Part shown: positions 13,701-25,045 of the stretch, piece by piece | How the letters are laid out: every line of letters begins with the position of its first letter | How positions within the stretch are numbered: position 1 is the stretch's first letter | From: Podarcis muralis | Lineage: Eukaryota | DNA length: 64,000 nt | Assembly (NCBI RefSeq): GCF_964188315.1 | Contig: NC_135660.1 | Location: 48,484,001-48,548,000 of the forward strand | Direction: 5' to 3' | Position numbers and translations under genes: made by a program | The notes under the pieces: generated by a model | What the model was told of the DNA's origin: nothing | The model's database searches: none | The model's input: the letters and a program-made list of their open reading frames with translations, nothing else

Positions 13701-13945
13701 GAGGCTCCAGTACTTTGGCCACCTCATGAGAAGAGAAGACTCCCTGGAGAAGACACTGATGCTGGGAAAGATGGAGGGCACAAGGAGAAGGGGGCGACAG
13801 AGGACGAGATGGTTGGATAGTGTTTTCGAGGTTACCAGCATGAGTCTGACCAAACTGCGGGAAGTAGTGGGGGACAGAGGTGCCTGGCGTGCTCTGGTCC
13901 ATGGGGTCACGAAGAGTCGGACACGACTAAACGACTAAACAACAA
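10727..13945 (+). mobile_element. Full-length BovB LINE (RTE clade), 3219 bp
   Basis: 11-bp TSD agtattcaaat at 10716-10726 and 13946-13956; 5' UTR; single long ORF; 3' end gagtcggacacgactaaacgactaaacaacaa. Confidence 0.98.
10906..13938 (+). CDS. BovB ORF: APE-type endonuclease plus reverse transcriptase, 1010 aa, no internal stop or frameshift
   Basis: EN motifs IGTWNVRT, DILGISE, IGDWNAKVG, QIDYIL, GSDH; RT motifs YRTIALISHASK, QAGFR, FIDYAKAFDCVDH, GVRQGCILSPCLF, LRYADD; closely resembles ruminant BovB protein as I recall it. The true start could be a downstream ATG (MTLEDE). Confidence 0.95.
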   Translation: MDKDNRHIKVMTLEDEPLRSEGAQHATGEERRASTSRSRADEAAGPKPKGRSVADMPGSERKVQCCKEKYCIGTWNVRTMNLGKLEVVKNEMARINIDILGISELKWTGMGEFSSDDHHIYYCGQETRKRNGVALIVNKRVAKAVLGCNLKNDRMISIRIQGRPFNITVIQVYAPTTGAEETEIDQFYEDLQHLIEVTPKKDVLLIIGDWNAKVGRQEIKGTTGKFGLGDQNEAGQRLIEFCQENKLAITNTLFQQHKRRLYTWTSPDGQHRNQIDYILCSQRWRSSIQSAKTRPGADCGSDHQLLIAKFKLKLKKVGKTTGPVRYNLSQIPYEYTVEVRNRFKDLDLVDRVPEELWMEARNIVQEAATKTIPMKRKCKKAKWLSNKALQIAEERRQAKCEGDSERYRKLNADFQRIARRDKKAFLNEQCKQIEENNRMGRTRDLFKKIGDMKGTFRAKITIIKDKSGKDLTEAEDIKKRWQEYTEELYQKDMDVSYTPGSVVADLEPDILESEVKWALESTANNKASGSDGIPAELFKILKDDAVKVLHSICQQIWKTQQWPEDWRRSVYIPVPKKGSAKECSNYRTIALISHASKVMLKILQGRLKQYVDRELPEVQAGFRRGRGTRDQIANMRWIMEKAREFQKDIYFCFIDYAKAFDCVDHSKLWQVLKEMGVPDHLICLLRNLYVGQEATVRTGYGTTDWFKIGKGVRQGCILSPCLFNLYAEYIMRKAGLDESQAGIKIAGRNINNLRYADDTTLMAESEEELKNLLMRVKEESAKYGLKLNIKKTKIMATGPITSWQIEGEEMEAVRDFTFLGSMITADGDSSHEIKRRLLLGRRAMTGLDSILRSRDVTLPTKVRIVKAMVFPVVMYGSESWTIKKADRRRIDAFELWCWRRLLRVPWTARRSNASILKEISPECSLEGQIVKLRLQYFGHLMRREDSLEKTLMLGKMEGTRRRGRQRTRWLDSVFEVTSMSLTKLREVVGDRGAWRALVHGVTKSRTRLND

Positions 13946-15435
13946 AGTATTCAAATAGAATGTGGCTGCAACACACCCACACACCTTATGTTCACGGCTG
14001 TGGTGGTAGGGTTAGGATGTGGTGCAGGCCCCTCTCAGACACCCTCCTCCTCCCAGGAGGAGCCTCACTGATGGGCAGCTGTGTTCAGTGGAGATTCATC
14101 ATTGCCCATGTGGATAGTAAGCTACCATTGGTGGTCATCCTGTGGGCTTTAACCGATGGAATTGTGGAGTTTTTGAGTGGAGTTAGGCTCAGATTCAGAG
14201 GCTTGTGGATCCTTCAAGTGCCAGTAGGCTTACCAAAAATGGGTGAAAGATCACCCTCTTACCTTCCACCCTGATTAGAATGAGCTGGCAATGCTTTGGA
14301 TGCAGATACCTGTATGACTCAGCCCTTGGCCCTGGCTAGGATTGCTGAGTGTATCTTCTTAAATAATGGAAACATGTTATGTTAATCTTCTGTAGGTAGA
14401 TGTAGAATCAGAAAGCACTTATTATTATACAGTACTATTAAGTGGGAAAGTGATATTGGCTTCATCCCTCAGCATATGTTTCAGGAATAAAGCGCTGCTG
14501 AACTCTCTAGGAATTACTTCTGAGGAATTAAGCTTTGGAGGTGACCGAAACAAGTTAGGATGCTCCTTTCAAAACATAGATTGGAATAGTCCTGTGACTT
14601 GTTTCAGTCTTTGTTTTCTCTTGGTTGGACTCTTGGGTTTCAATTATTTTCACAGCCATACTGGAAATGAATTGCAGAAGTAGTGTTCCCGTATACATCA
14701 CTGTTAATGTCAGTGTGGGTATTTTAATTGCCAGGATTCTTGAAAGCGCTTTTAAATTACAATATGGGATTGGATCACAGAAAGCCTTTTCATAATTGGC
14801 AAACTGCATGCACGCTGGAAACTCATGTTCATTTCATCTCTAGAATAATTCATGAGTCGTGTTTAAAAGTTTTAATGTACTGAAATTGGTTTTAAAACCT
14901 GCAAGTCCCCTTGCCTAGAGAAATCGAGTTTTGTTTAATGTCTATTGGTTAGTAAATTGCTTTAATATGCCTGTTGAACATATAGGAGAGCTAAATTATA
15001 CTGTTTCAAGCACCCACATTTCCTCTGCTGCCCTATTCCTTCTGTTATTATTACCTTTTACGAGACATAATCCTATATTTCTTTAACTTTTTTAGTCTAC
15101 TTGGAGGTAAGACTCAGTGAGACATCCAGATTAGTGCATATAGGATTGCAGCCTTGTTTCCTAACCCAGTGATTTATTTCCTCATTCTTTATGTAACACT
15201 CTCTATAGCATACCCTTTAATTTCCACCCACCCACACCTCACCACACTATATGAACCAGCATAACACTTTTCCTTTTTGAAACAACTGTGGTTACCTCCT
15301 TTAAAAACAAATTGTTCCGAATGTAGCCTTTTGCAATCTTGTGAAGGTTTGCAAGGTTCATATTTCAGTATGATTTCATAAAAATTATGAGCTCTGCTGT
15401 CAGGACTGTCAATAAATAATGATCTAGGTTTTGGA

Positions 15436-15630
15436 AAGAACATAAGAAGGGCCCGCTGGATCAGGTCAATGGCCTGTCATATCCAGTATCTTGTTATTGC
15501 AATGTCCACCCTGATGCCTGTGAGAAACCTGAAAGCTCAAAAGCACTCTGCCCTCCAGTGGCTTCCAGCAATTTGAATTCAGAAGCACACCTTCTCCAAC
15601 TGTGGAGGCAGAACATAGCCATTGCTGGCC
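15436..15630 (-). mobile_element. CR1 LINE 3' end, decayed
   Basis: aagaacataagaag is the reverse of the CR1 (ttcttatg) tail, followed by gctggatcagg...tccag. Confidence 0.6.
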
Positions 15631-16834
15631 TTACCCTCCATGAAAGGCAAAGGGAAGGGAGATTTGCAAAATTTCACCAGAGTAGGCAGCTCTTCTTTGG
15701 GAATAATTGCCAGATCTTATTGATTTATTTTATTATTTGCAAATCACTGCCCATTTCCCCTTACTAGTCCTAGCCTATTGTATCAATAGACTACTTGGAT
15801 TTATAGTTTATTGTATCAGCAAGAATGCTTGAATTTAGGACTTCATTTGTAATCCTGAGCATTGAGCTATCTATCACAAGCACAAGATCCATTTCCTCAT
15901 TAGTCTACACCAATTTATTTCCCACCAGTATATATATATAGCTGATATTAAGAATGGTTTGATCCAATGTGTTTCAGGAAGTGAAGGAAATGGGGCTGCG
16001 TGTTATATCATATAGAAATTGCTGCTTGTCAGATTAGAGTGAACTCAACATACTTAATAATCCATCTAAGTTATTCATCAAAGAATAATATTCAGTGTGT
16101 ATATATCTCACAAGTTTATGACTGCTGCTGGTAGCAAGCTGGTAAACAACTTGCAAATGTTGAACTGTATAGTTTCTGTAAGACAGGCAGGAAATGAGCT
16201 ATACCAGAAAGTAACCTTTTCGTGTCCACTGCTGATTATCTTTAAAACTTAAAACTTATGATAGACGGATTTATATATTCTACCACCTGAACTACTAGAA
16301 AAAAATTCTTTTAATATTTTGTATTGCTTTTTTTGCATAGCATCACAGAAAAAAGACATTGCATACTTTATACAATAAGACTACCAACAAATACAAAGTG
16401 ATAGGCGAGCCAATCATATTCTTTCTTCTATTGACTTTTACAGATAAGACTTTTTATGCTATACACCCGTGACTTCGGGAAGCAACACACTACATCAAAC
16501 CATGTAAAACAATTGTAAAAAAACACACCACAATATATGAGACACCACAATAAAACAATAAAAGCTATGGAAAGCTATCTCATGTATATCATTCAACATA
16601 CAATAACTATTATTTAACTAATTTAGTTAATTACACTTTGTCCATTATCATTAACCTCTTCCAAGTAGCAGGATATATAGTAGAAACTCAAGAATTCTAA
16701 AAGCTAAAGTGTATCTAGACTGCTGGTGACTTGGACTGCATGGGTTCAATCCAGACTTACTCTTTAATAGAGCAGACCCACTGAAATAAATAGAATTTAA
16801 GTTAGCCAACCCTGTTTGCCTGTATGGTCTATTC

Positions 16835-17328
16835 CAGGGGTCTGCAACCTTTAAGACAAAAAGAGCCACTTGGATCCGTTTCCGAAGAAAAAACAAACTG
16901 GGAGCCGCAAAACTCATCATTATAAAAATAACTTTTTTGTCACTTTTTTATTATTTCTTTGTTTGACCCCTCAGAATTACTCCTCCTCATAGAAATAAAC
17001 GTTAAATTAACAAGTTACCTTTTTGTGTGTGTGTGTTCTTCACTCCCCTTCAAAACAGTGACCAGCGTACATGCCCCCTTTCAATGCAGTGACCAGCGTA
17101 CATGCCCCTTACAATGTAGCGGGCGGGCAGGAAGGTGACGTTGGGACAGTGCGTGACTAACACAAGCACAGCCCCCATGCGACGTCACAGCCAGTACAGC
17201 GCCCGCCACAGTGGGGAGTGTCGGGGCGCACAATGCGCCTCCTCCCCTCGCTAGTATCCACCCCGGAGCCGCGGCAAAGGTGTAAAAGAGCCACATGCGG
17301 CTCCGGAGCCGCGGGTTGCAGACCCCTG
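16835..17328. mobile_element. Young non-autonomous hAT element (494 bp)
   Basis: Perfect 15-bp TIR caggggtctgcaacc / ggttgcagacccctg; perfect 8-bp TSD gtctattc; CpG-rich; internal duplication of cagtgaccagcgtacatgcccc. Confidence 0.92.
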
Positions 17329-17657
17329 GTCTATTCCAACACTTTAAATAAAAATGCAGAAGTCTGGATACTATGGAATGCTTGAAACTCAGAGTCAGTC
17401 TCATATCAGAATGTCTCCATTTGCTAATCTCCTGCTGCCTATTGATAGCTTTGGTTTTGTATAGATCCAAATACAGCTCTGAGTGATTGCCAGATACAAG
17501 CACTCTGATGTGGGATCATCATTTAGAAGTCTCAGTTCAGATTTACCTTTAGTGCCTTAGGATGTTGCCTACAACTGGTCAGTTTTAAAATTTTGTAAGT
17601 CTCACACAGAGGGAAATCTTGTTGTTAATTTGAATATTTGAATATCTGACTCTTCAG

Positions 17658-17726
17658 CAGGCCTGTGCATTTGGGGCATGAACAAGATTCCTGCCCTGGG
17701 CCTCAGACAAGCTCTGCACAGGCCTG
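17658..17726. mobile_element. Very short (69 bp) hAT-like MITE
   Basis: 12-bp perfect TIR caggcctgtgca / tgcacaggcctg; flanks ctcttcag / cacttaag (6/8). Confidence 0.55.
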
Positions 17727-18420
17727 CACTTAAGTATGAACACTTCTGAGTAAGTTACTTGAGCATAATGGTCAAGGCTTTGATCCAGATCCAAATGGCC
17801 AGACTGTTGTTTCCAAACTGAAATGAAAACAGGAGGAAAATGGTTATTTGTAGAATAGAAAAAAAGTCAGGGAACCCTACAGAGAATCAATGGAATACAG
17901 ACAGTGAAATCTTTTCACTCATAGCTTTTCAACTCCTTCATCTAACAGAGACTAGGCTGTATAAAAATATCACATTACAAAACTGATTCAATTTTTTTAA
18001 AAGCTAAATTGAGTAATCTACCTCCTCCTCATATCTCTAGGAAACACAGCATTGGAGTGAGGTGACGGCAGCCATTCATATTTTCCTTAGAAATGCAATG
18101 TCTTGCCATGGTGGCCAATTAACATTATTCCCCAAGAAACAAACAAAGAAAATAAACATCAGAAAGAGTAATTTGGGTTTGCAAAGAAAGCCAGAGCAGT
18201 GGAAAAACTGTTTGATCTAGAAAGCCACCTTAATGTGTTTTGTGAAGATTGAGATAGAAGGAAGCTGCCGTGGCTTTTCAGGGAAACATAATGAAAGTCA
18301 CTCTTGAAGTTGCTGCTGCTTCGATTTCCTTTAACATTAGCAGAAACTTCTGCTCCAAAAATTCCATGCTTTCATATGCTGCTCTCCACCTGCCAGACAT
18401 TTATGGTTGTTAGTATATTC

Positions 18421-18704
18421 CCATTGCTCTGTCCTAGCTCCTGCCAACCTAGCAGTTCAAAAGCATGCCAGTGCAAGTAGATAAATAGGTATCGCTACAG
18501 CAGGAAGGTAAATGGCATTTCCATGCGACCTGGCTTCAGTCACAGTGTTCCATTGCACCAGAAGTGGTTTAGTCATGCTGGCCACATGACCTGGAAAGCT
18601 GTCTGTGGACAAATGCCGGCTCCCTCAGCCTGAAGCGAGATGAGCACTGCACCCCATAGTTGCCTTTGACTGGACGTAACCGTCCAGGGGTCCTTTACCT
18701 TTTT
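18421..18704 (+). mobile_element. Sauria SINE, 5'-truncated
   Basis: ctgccaacctagcagttc...aagtagataaatagg...ggggtcctttacctttt. Confidence 0.85.
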
Positions 18705-18823
18705 ATGCACAGGATTCATAATGCTATTGAAGCTGACTTTTTAAATAAAAAGGTATCAAGGATGGCCATAAACCAGTTAGATTTGGATTGAAAGTTGTGG
18801 CTTTTTAATCTGGTTTTGAGCTA

Positions 18824-19329
18824 CAGTGGTACCTCGGGTTAAGTACTGTTATGTACTGAGTTGAATAGGATCCAGAATGCAGCAATCTGATTGGTCCACA
18901 GGAGCCACCCAATCCAGCTCCAGGTGGAAGTGAATCCGCAACCTGATTGGCCTACAGGAGAATCCCAGAATTAGCCAATCACGTGGGGCCAATTGTGTAA
19001 ATAATGTATATAAAGCAGACATTCTGGGGGGAACTTCCATTCCTCCTCACCACTATAAACTGAATAAAGAGCATGAAATCCACTCTCGACTCTGAGTATA
19101 TTTCAAGTACTTAATTCATTCCGGAGGTCTGTTCTTAACCTGAAACTATTCTTAACCTGAAGCACCACTTTAGCTAATGGGGCCTCCTGCTGCTGCCGCG
19201 CTGCCGGAGCATGATTTCTCTTCTCATCCTGAAGCAAAGTTCTTAACCCGAGGTACTATTTCTGGGTTAGTGGAGTCTGTAACCTGAAGCGTATGTAACC
19301 TGAAGCGTATGTAACCCGAGGTACCACTG
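18824..19329. mobile_element. Tc1/mariner (Tigger-like) MITE family A, interrupted by a solo LTR
   Basis: TA TSDs; TIR cagtggtacctcgggtta / taacccgaggtaccactg; collinear with copies at 41103, 43596 and 53051 once 18847-19110 is removed. Confidence 0.92.
18847..19105 (+). mobile_element. Solo LTR (259 bp)
   Basis: TG...CA ends; perfect 5-bp TSD agtac (18842-46, 19106-10); TATATAAA 19007-14; AATAAA 19063-68; several CCAAT/ATTGG boxes. Confidence 0.85.
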
Positions 19330-20059
19330 TATTCACATTACTTGTCACTGCTTTTGCATAGCTTCACATGAAGGGCAATTTTTAGCCATGTGCTGGCTGG
19401 ACAGTTGTGTGCCATGGTTAGACAACTTCAACATGCTTCAGATGTGGCTGGAAACCATCTTCCAGGTACAACTCTGAGTGCACTCTACCAGCCCATGCAC
19501 ATATCTGGCCAGGTGGTGGGAACTTCAATAGTAGGAACTAATATGCCACCATGTGTTTTCAAACTCTCGTTGTTCTCTAACTTCCTAATATTAGATTAGT
19601 AGATTCAAAACTATTTTTTAAATCAGCTAAAAAGGCATTCCCAACAAATCGGGCAATAACTTTTAGATTTTAATGTAAGTTCTTATAAAAACTGCTTCTA
19701 GCAAACACCATCCTCAAAACAACCCATCCCTTTCACTTTCAAACAAGAGGAAATGCCCCTGCTACATTTTCACTTGCTGCAACATTCTAGATCTTCAATA
19801 TCTGAAAGCAAAGCATGTTTTCACCCTTCAAATTCATATGCTAGTCTATGCAGATTTATTCAATTCGTTCACTCATTGCATCTCATTTGTTCATCCATGA
19901 ATGATAATAGTGACATAGCACCACAGAAAGTGGAGCACTATTTATCTTCTTCCAGAACTCTCTGTACATTTAGGAATGTTTCATGTGTTGACCCTTGTAT
20001 AACATCATTCTGTGATACCCCTGGGTTATATCTGGGATGTGTTGGGAGAGTGTGGAGAA

Positions 20060-20493
20060 AATGAACAGCAATAGGTGTTTCTCCTTCTCTCATAAAACTA
20101 GAACTGGGGCGCATCCAATGAAGCTGAACATTGGAAGACTCAGGACAGACAAAAGAAAAAGTTTCACACAGTGCATACTTGAACTATAGAATTAGCTCTC
20201 ACAAGATGTAGTGATGACCACCAACTCAGATGGTTTGGAAAGTGGACACTAGACAAATGCATAGAGGAGAAGGCTATCAACGCCTACTAGTTCTAATGAT
20301 GGTTTACTACCACCCATGACAGAAGCTTTATGCCTCTGAATGCTAGTTTCTAGGAAGCACAAGTGCAGAGAGTGGTGGTGTGCTCATATCCTGCTTGTGG
20401 GATTCTCTTAGGCATCTGGTTGGCCATTATGACAACATGATGCTGGACTTGATAGGTCTTTTGTCTGATCCAGGAGGGCTCTCTGTATGTTCT
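20060..20493 (+). mobile_element. CR1 LINE 3' end, decayed
   Basis: aactagaactggggc...ccaatgaagctgaa...ggacagacaaaag ORF2 C-terminal remnant, then 3' UTR ending tatgttctt. Confidence 0.7.
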
Positions 20494-23328
20494 TCTGGTG
20501 GACCATGAAGACCAAGGTCTTTGCAAAGGGGACATTCTAATGTTGAAAAGAAGAAGAAAGAGGGGACATTCAGGATAAAGAGTCAGTGTAAGATACTGGA
20601 TAGAGTTTTCCCCTAGATGTTTGGTGCCCACTTTCATCTGTCCAAGCCAGAGAGTTTTTCTGCTTTTTTTTTTTTTTACCATGCACTAACAAGGCCCACA
20701 ATTTTGTTTAACATATTTTTCAGCTGTAATATAAATAAATCTGAATAGAAAAGGCATTTCAGTTCTCAAATAATGTTCACATATTATGACACTTGACTAG
20801 TTTTTGTTGTGTTATATAATTTATTCAATCAATTCCAAAATGTATTTTTGATTTATTCTCTAGAACTTGCTTTAATTTGGTTTCTGGGTAAAGTATGATA
20901 ATAATGTTCATAATTATTCAGACAGCAATATACTGCCAATATCATTGGTTTCACAGTTATTTGTTTATTGTTCTGCAAATATCTTTGATTGAGATGCTTG
21001 CCAAATATGAGAGGACTCCATATCCTGATCTAGTAGGTTCATAAGAGGTAGATATGATGCTATCTCTAATTAGATATAAGTGTTCTCTCTGCTTGAAGTT
21101 TATGAATTTTTACTAACAGTTGCCCTGTGCAATCAAGCATCTATTCATACTATTGAATTTAACAAGAGTTACATTTTTCATTAAGATATATTTATATATT
21201 TCATCTATTGGGAAACTGCATCATTTCACAGGCAGTGATACATAATTATATTCAGTCCTGTTTTCTGTGATTTAGAACACAAATTGCATTTAAATCATAT
21301 GCATTTCCCCTACTAAATATACATTTTTCTATGCTTTGTATATATTTCCTCCATCAAATATGCATTTTGATTCATTTTTTTTAAATGACAGTGAGTTGCA
21401 ACATTCAAAGAAGTGCATAACCCAATCGATAACTGAGTTCTGATCCATGTATAATGCCAGGAATGGCAGATTAAGTTGGTTTGTCTTAAAATGCTGACAA
21501 ATTTCTCCTCCAGCTCTGTTCATATATACTGAAGTGGAGAGAATATTGTTCCATCCCTCTCTGCACTTGGTGGGTACTTAAGTGGGTGTGCTTTTTCCAG
21601 CATGTCAGAGACCAGCAACATTTGCCTCATGTGAAAGAGGCCATTCATTCATTCATTCATTCATTCAGTAGAGGGGAGGATGATCACTCAGTGTGTCAAG
21701 GACATGTGCTGCATGAAAAAGGTCCCAGGATCCGACCCTGCCCTGGCATCTTTATCTGTATTGTGCTCTGCGATTTAAAGATTAGCCATGCAATAAGTTG
21801 GTTGACTGGAAGATCGACTGATTACTGAACCGATGCTTCCATGTTGTCCCAACCTGCAAAGGAAGCGGAGTGAAGTTAAAAGACCAATGAGAAGTGTGGG
21901 TGCATGGAGGCAAAGTTGTAAGCAAGCACAGCATGTGATGGCTATGTATTCCTGCAGATGATTTGTTTATTAAACATTCTCCCAGATTTGCTTGCACAAA
22001 GCTTGCACAGTAGTTAGACAGTGTCCATTCTTTACTGAGGATCCAATCTGAATTGTTTATGAGGTGGTTATATGACAACAAACATTGATCCTGATTTGAT
22101 TGCAGGGGCTGCTATGCTAGGGTGATAAGAGTGCTGTAGTCCACTTCAGTTACACAAACCTAATTCTGGTGTGTATTTGAATCCCTTCTGCAAAATAGTG
22201 ACAGTCTGGAGAAACCATTCAGAACAATTTTTTAAAAAACTGCTTATACATGAACCATTTACACTTCATACAATCTCAAACACACAATCGCAATCTCTCC
22301 CTCCCTCCTTCTCACACAGAGACCTTTCCTCTCACACTTCTACCTACCTACAGCTTCAGCAGGGGAAATCTTTAAACTGCTGCATTTAGCAATTTTAAAT
22401 GGATTTTTTTTTCTTAAAATGGCAAATTCCCACCACATAGATTTCATGTGCCAAATTTCACACAGATAGGATGAAGCATCCTGATTTTCATAGCATTTTG
22501 TTTCAAGTCCCACTTGTGTTTAATGCTCTTGCTTCTAAGGTCAACTGACTCATTTTTCTCTTTGTTGTGGTTGTGGTGGTACAAGAGGTTAGCAATGCTT
22601 TGCTTAAGTGTGGCTATGGCTTGTTTGAGCTACCCTATTGCTATAGTCAGAGCACACCCAGTCCAAACTGTCGATTTGTCACCTAGAAATGAACTTCCTG
22701 GAATCTAAGAAGAACATGTGAACTATTTACTAGGCAAAGTGTTCCCAAGCTAATCTTTGCCAATATACCTTATACTGTTGTGTTCAGATTTGACTTTGAC
22801 AACCTTATGCAACACCTGCTGGTACAGGTGCCCTATTTACATTTCGTGACTTCCTGTTTGCTTTGCTCAAGTGAATTGGCCCTTGCTCTGTAATCATTTG
22901 TCTATTTATCTGTGTTCCATATGATAAGAATGTTTTCAGATAGCAAAGAGCCCTGGAACATTCTCATTCCTTTTGAGGTCATGGGAAACTTTCGAGTTAT
23001 CATATCAAAATGGAGGTGTCACCATCTGGCAGAGATCTTTCTCACCTCTCCAACTGAATAATATCAAAAGGCCAGAAAGCAATCTTTTCCTAAGTGGGTT
23101 TTTTTTAAATCAGGCTCTCTGGATGCCAGGCCTTATGTTTTCAGACCTCGAGTTTGCAGCGTGGCTATCCAGTAAAACCACGTTGCATTTATGGCAGGTT
23201 AAATAAACTTGACTGACTTGTGATTTGACCCTTTTAAGGTTTCATACACACACAGTCCCTGCTGTGGGCTTGTGTGACAATTTTTCTATCTGTATGACCT
23301 CACATAAAATTATTTGTTTTACATTCTG

Positions 23329-23330
<2 letters not shown>

Positions 23331-23367
<37 letters not shown>
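23331..23367. repeat. (GT)n microsatellite
   Basis: Direct read. Confidence 0.98.
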
Positions 23368-23369
<2 letters not shown>

Positions 23370-24488
23370 CACATTTCAGTAAAACATAGTATTAACAATA
23401 ATGTAAGGCAGCTGCTAAAAACCTTTTATGATATCCATCACACAAGTGGATATCCACTCTTGTGACAGCTTCTCCTCCCGCTGCAGTCCCCTGCTATTGG
23501 GGGGCGGGGCGTTCCTCAGTAGGATGTCACCAATAACATTAACAATAATAACCTATAGGATTAAACTTAGCATGAAACAGCATATAAAAAAATGTACAGC
23601 TAATGCATTACACAAATTAAAATGCCTGGGAAAACAGAAATGCCATAACTAAAATCCCATTAATTTCTGTGTGTATGGCCAGATATGGATCCAACCCAAA
23701 GTTCTGATCTTCACCTAGTGGAGCAGATCTATTCATACCAGAATTCCTCAAACATCCCTAAATGAAGTTATCCTCATTTCAAATATACATCTAACACAAA
23801 GACACAGTTTACTGTAAAGGACTGTAAGAACTACCCTCTTAAAAGTTAATTTGTTCACATTCCTGAATTCCATAATTATTGGAATCAGAGATATTCAAGT
23901 GGTTATAATCTGAGTAAGTTTTCAGCCCCTGCCCTCTCTGGATCTGAGCTGGGAATGCCGCTTTACAATTTTGCAGCATAAATAATTAAAAGAGATACAT
24001 TGGCAAATTAATTGGTTTCATTGAAATTTGCCCTGCATAATTTATTCCATTACATTAGATGACTTAGTTGGCAATTTGTTCAACATTTAGAAGTAGCTAA
24101 CCTAGCAGTATTAGCATACAACACAAGCTGCTTCAATAACTAAATTAACTGAAAAAGTAATATATGCTTAGCTTCCCAAAATGAAAAAATAATTAATTTC
24201 AAGTTGCAAAATTGAGAACTATTAAGAAGCAGTGAAGTTTAGCAACTCATAATTCACGATTTTGTAACTTGAAATTAATTACTGGGGGAGGGGAGGGAGA
24301 AATAAAACCATTAGGTGAATGAGAAGCATACATTAAGAAAATATGAATCAAACAAACAATTCAGACTGGGTCAAAGTTCTCAAAGGATACAGATATGAAC
24401 ATCTATCATAAGCAGTGAATATATATAATGAAACTTTACAACATTTTAGAAAAAACTCAAAATAACTGCAGATATCCATACAAACTAC

Positions 24489-24753
24489 TGTTATGCGCCA
24501 CCCCAATCTCTGCTGCGTGGTGTGAGATTCCAGAGAATTTGGCACTTTACTAAGGTTTGTGTTTGTATGAAAAAATGGAGCACAGCAGAGACTGTAGTGT
24601 CATTACAATATATGGTTTTATTTACACATACCGGTACATACACCCTAGCCTTAATGGAGGGAGTGGAAGACATCACACCTCAATAGTGTCTCTTGTTGTT
24701 TCTCCCATAGCTTCAGCAAGCTATGCTATACATGGATCAGAACTCAGTTATCA
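24489..24753 (-). mobile_element. Possible old solo LTR
   Basis: TG...CA ends, flanks actac / actag (4/5), minus-strand AATAAA at 24617-22. Confidence 0.35.
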
Positions 24754-24759
24754 ACTAGT

Positions 24760-25045
24760 CAGGCATGTCAAACTCTCAAGAGACTACGATCTACTCCCAG
24801 CATAAAAAATGGCAGTGATCTACCGATTGTCATTGGAGGGAGGAGGAGCATGTGTGGGGTGGGTGCATTGCCCAGAGCTTTTTTTAGGAGGGAAGTGCCC
24901 AGCGTTGTTGAGCTTTTGGGGGGGGAGGATTGCACAGAGTTTTTAAGCTTATTTCCTGTAACTTTTTATACACGATAAGGGTCTCGCGATCTACCAGGAT
25001 CAGCCAGGAATCGGTAGATCACGATCTACTGGTTGGACATCCCTG
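24760..25045. mobile_element. hAT MITE, moderately decayed
   Basis: caggcatgtcaaac / gttggacatccctg termini, subterminal gatctac repeats, aactag on both flanks. Confidence 0.7.

Noticed and set aside
22849-22859. FOX:ETS-like endothelial enhancer motif (minus strand AAACAGGAAGT) with nearby GATA sites
   Set aside because: A short degenerate motif expected by chance in 64 kb; needs conservation data
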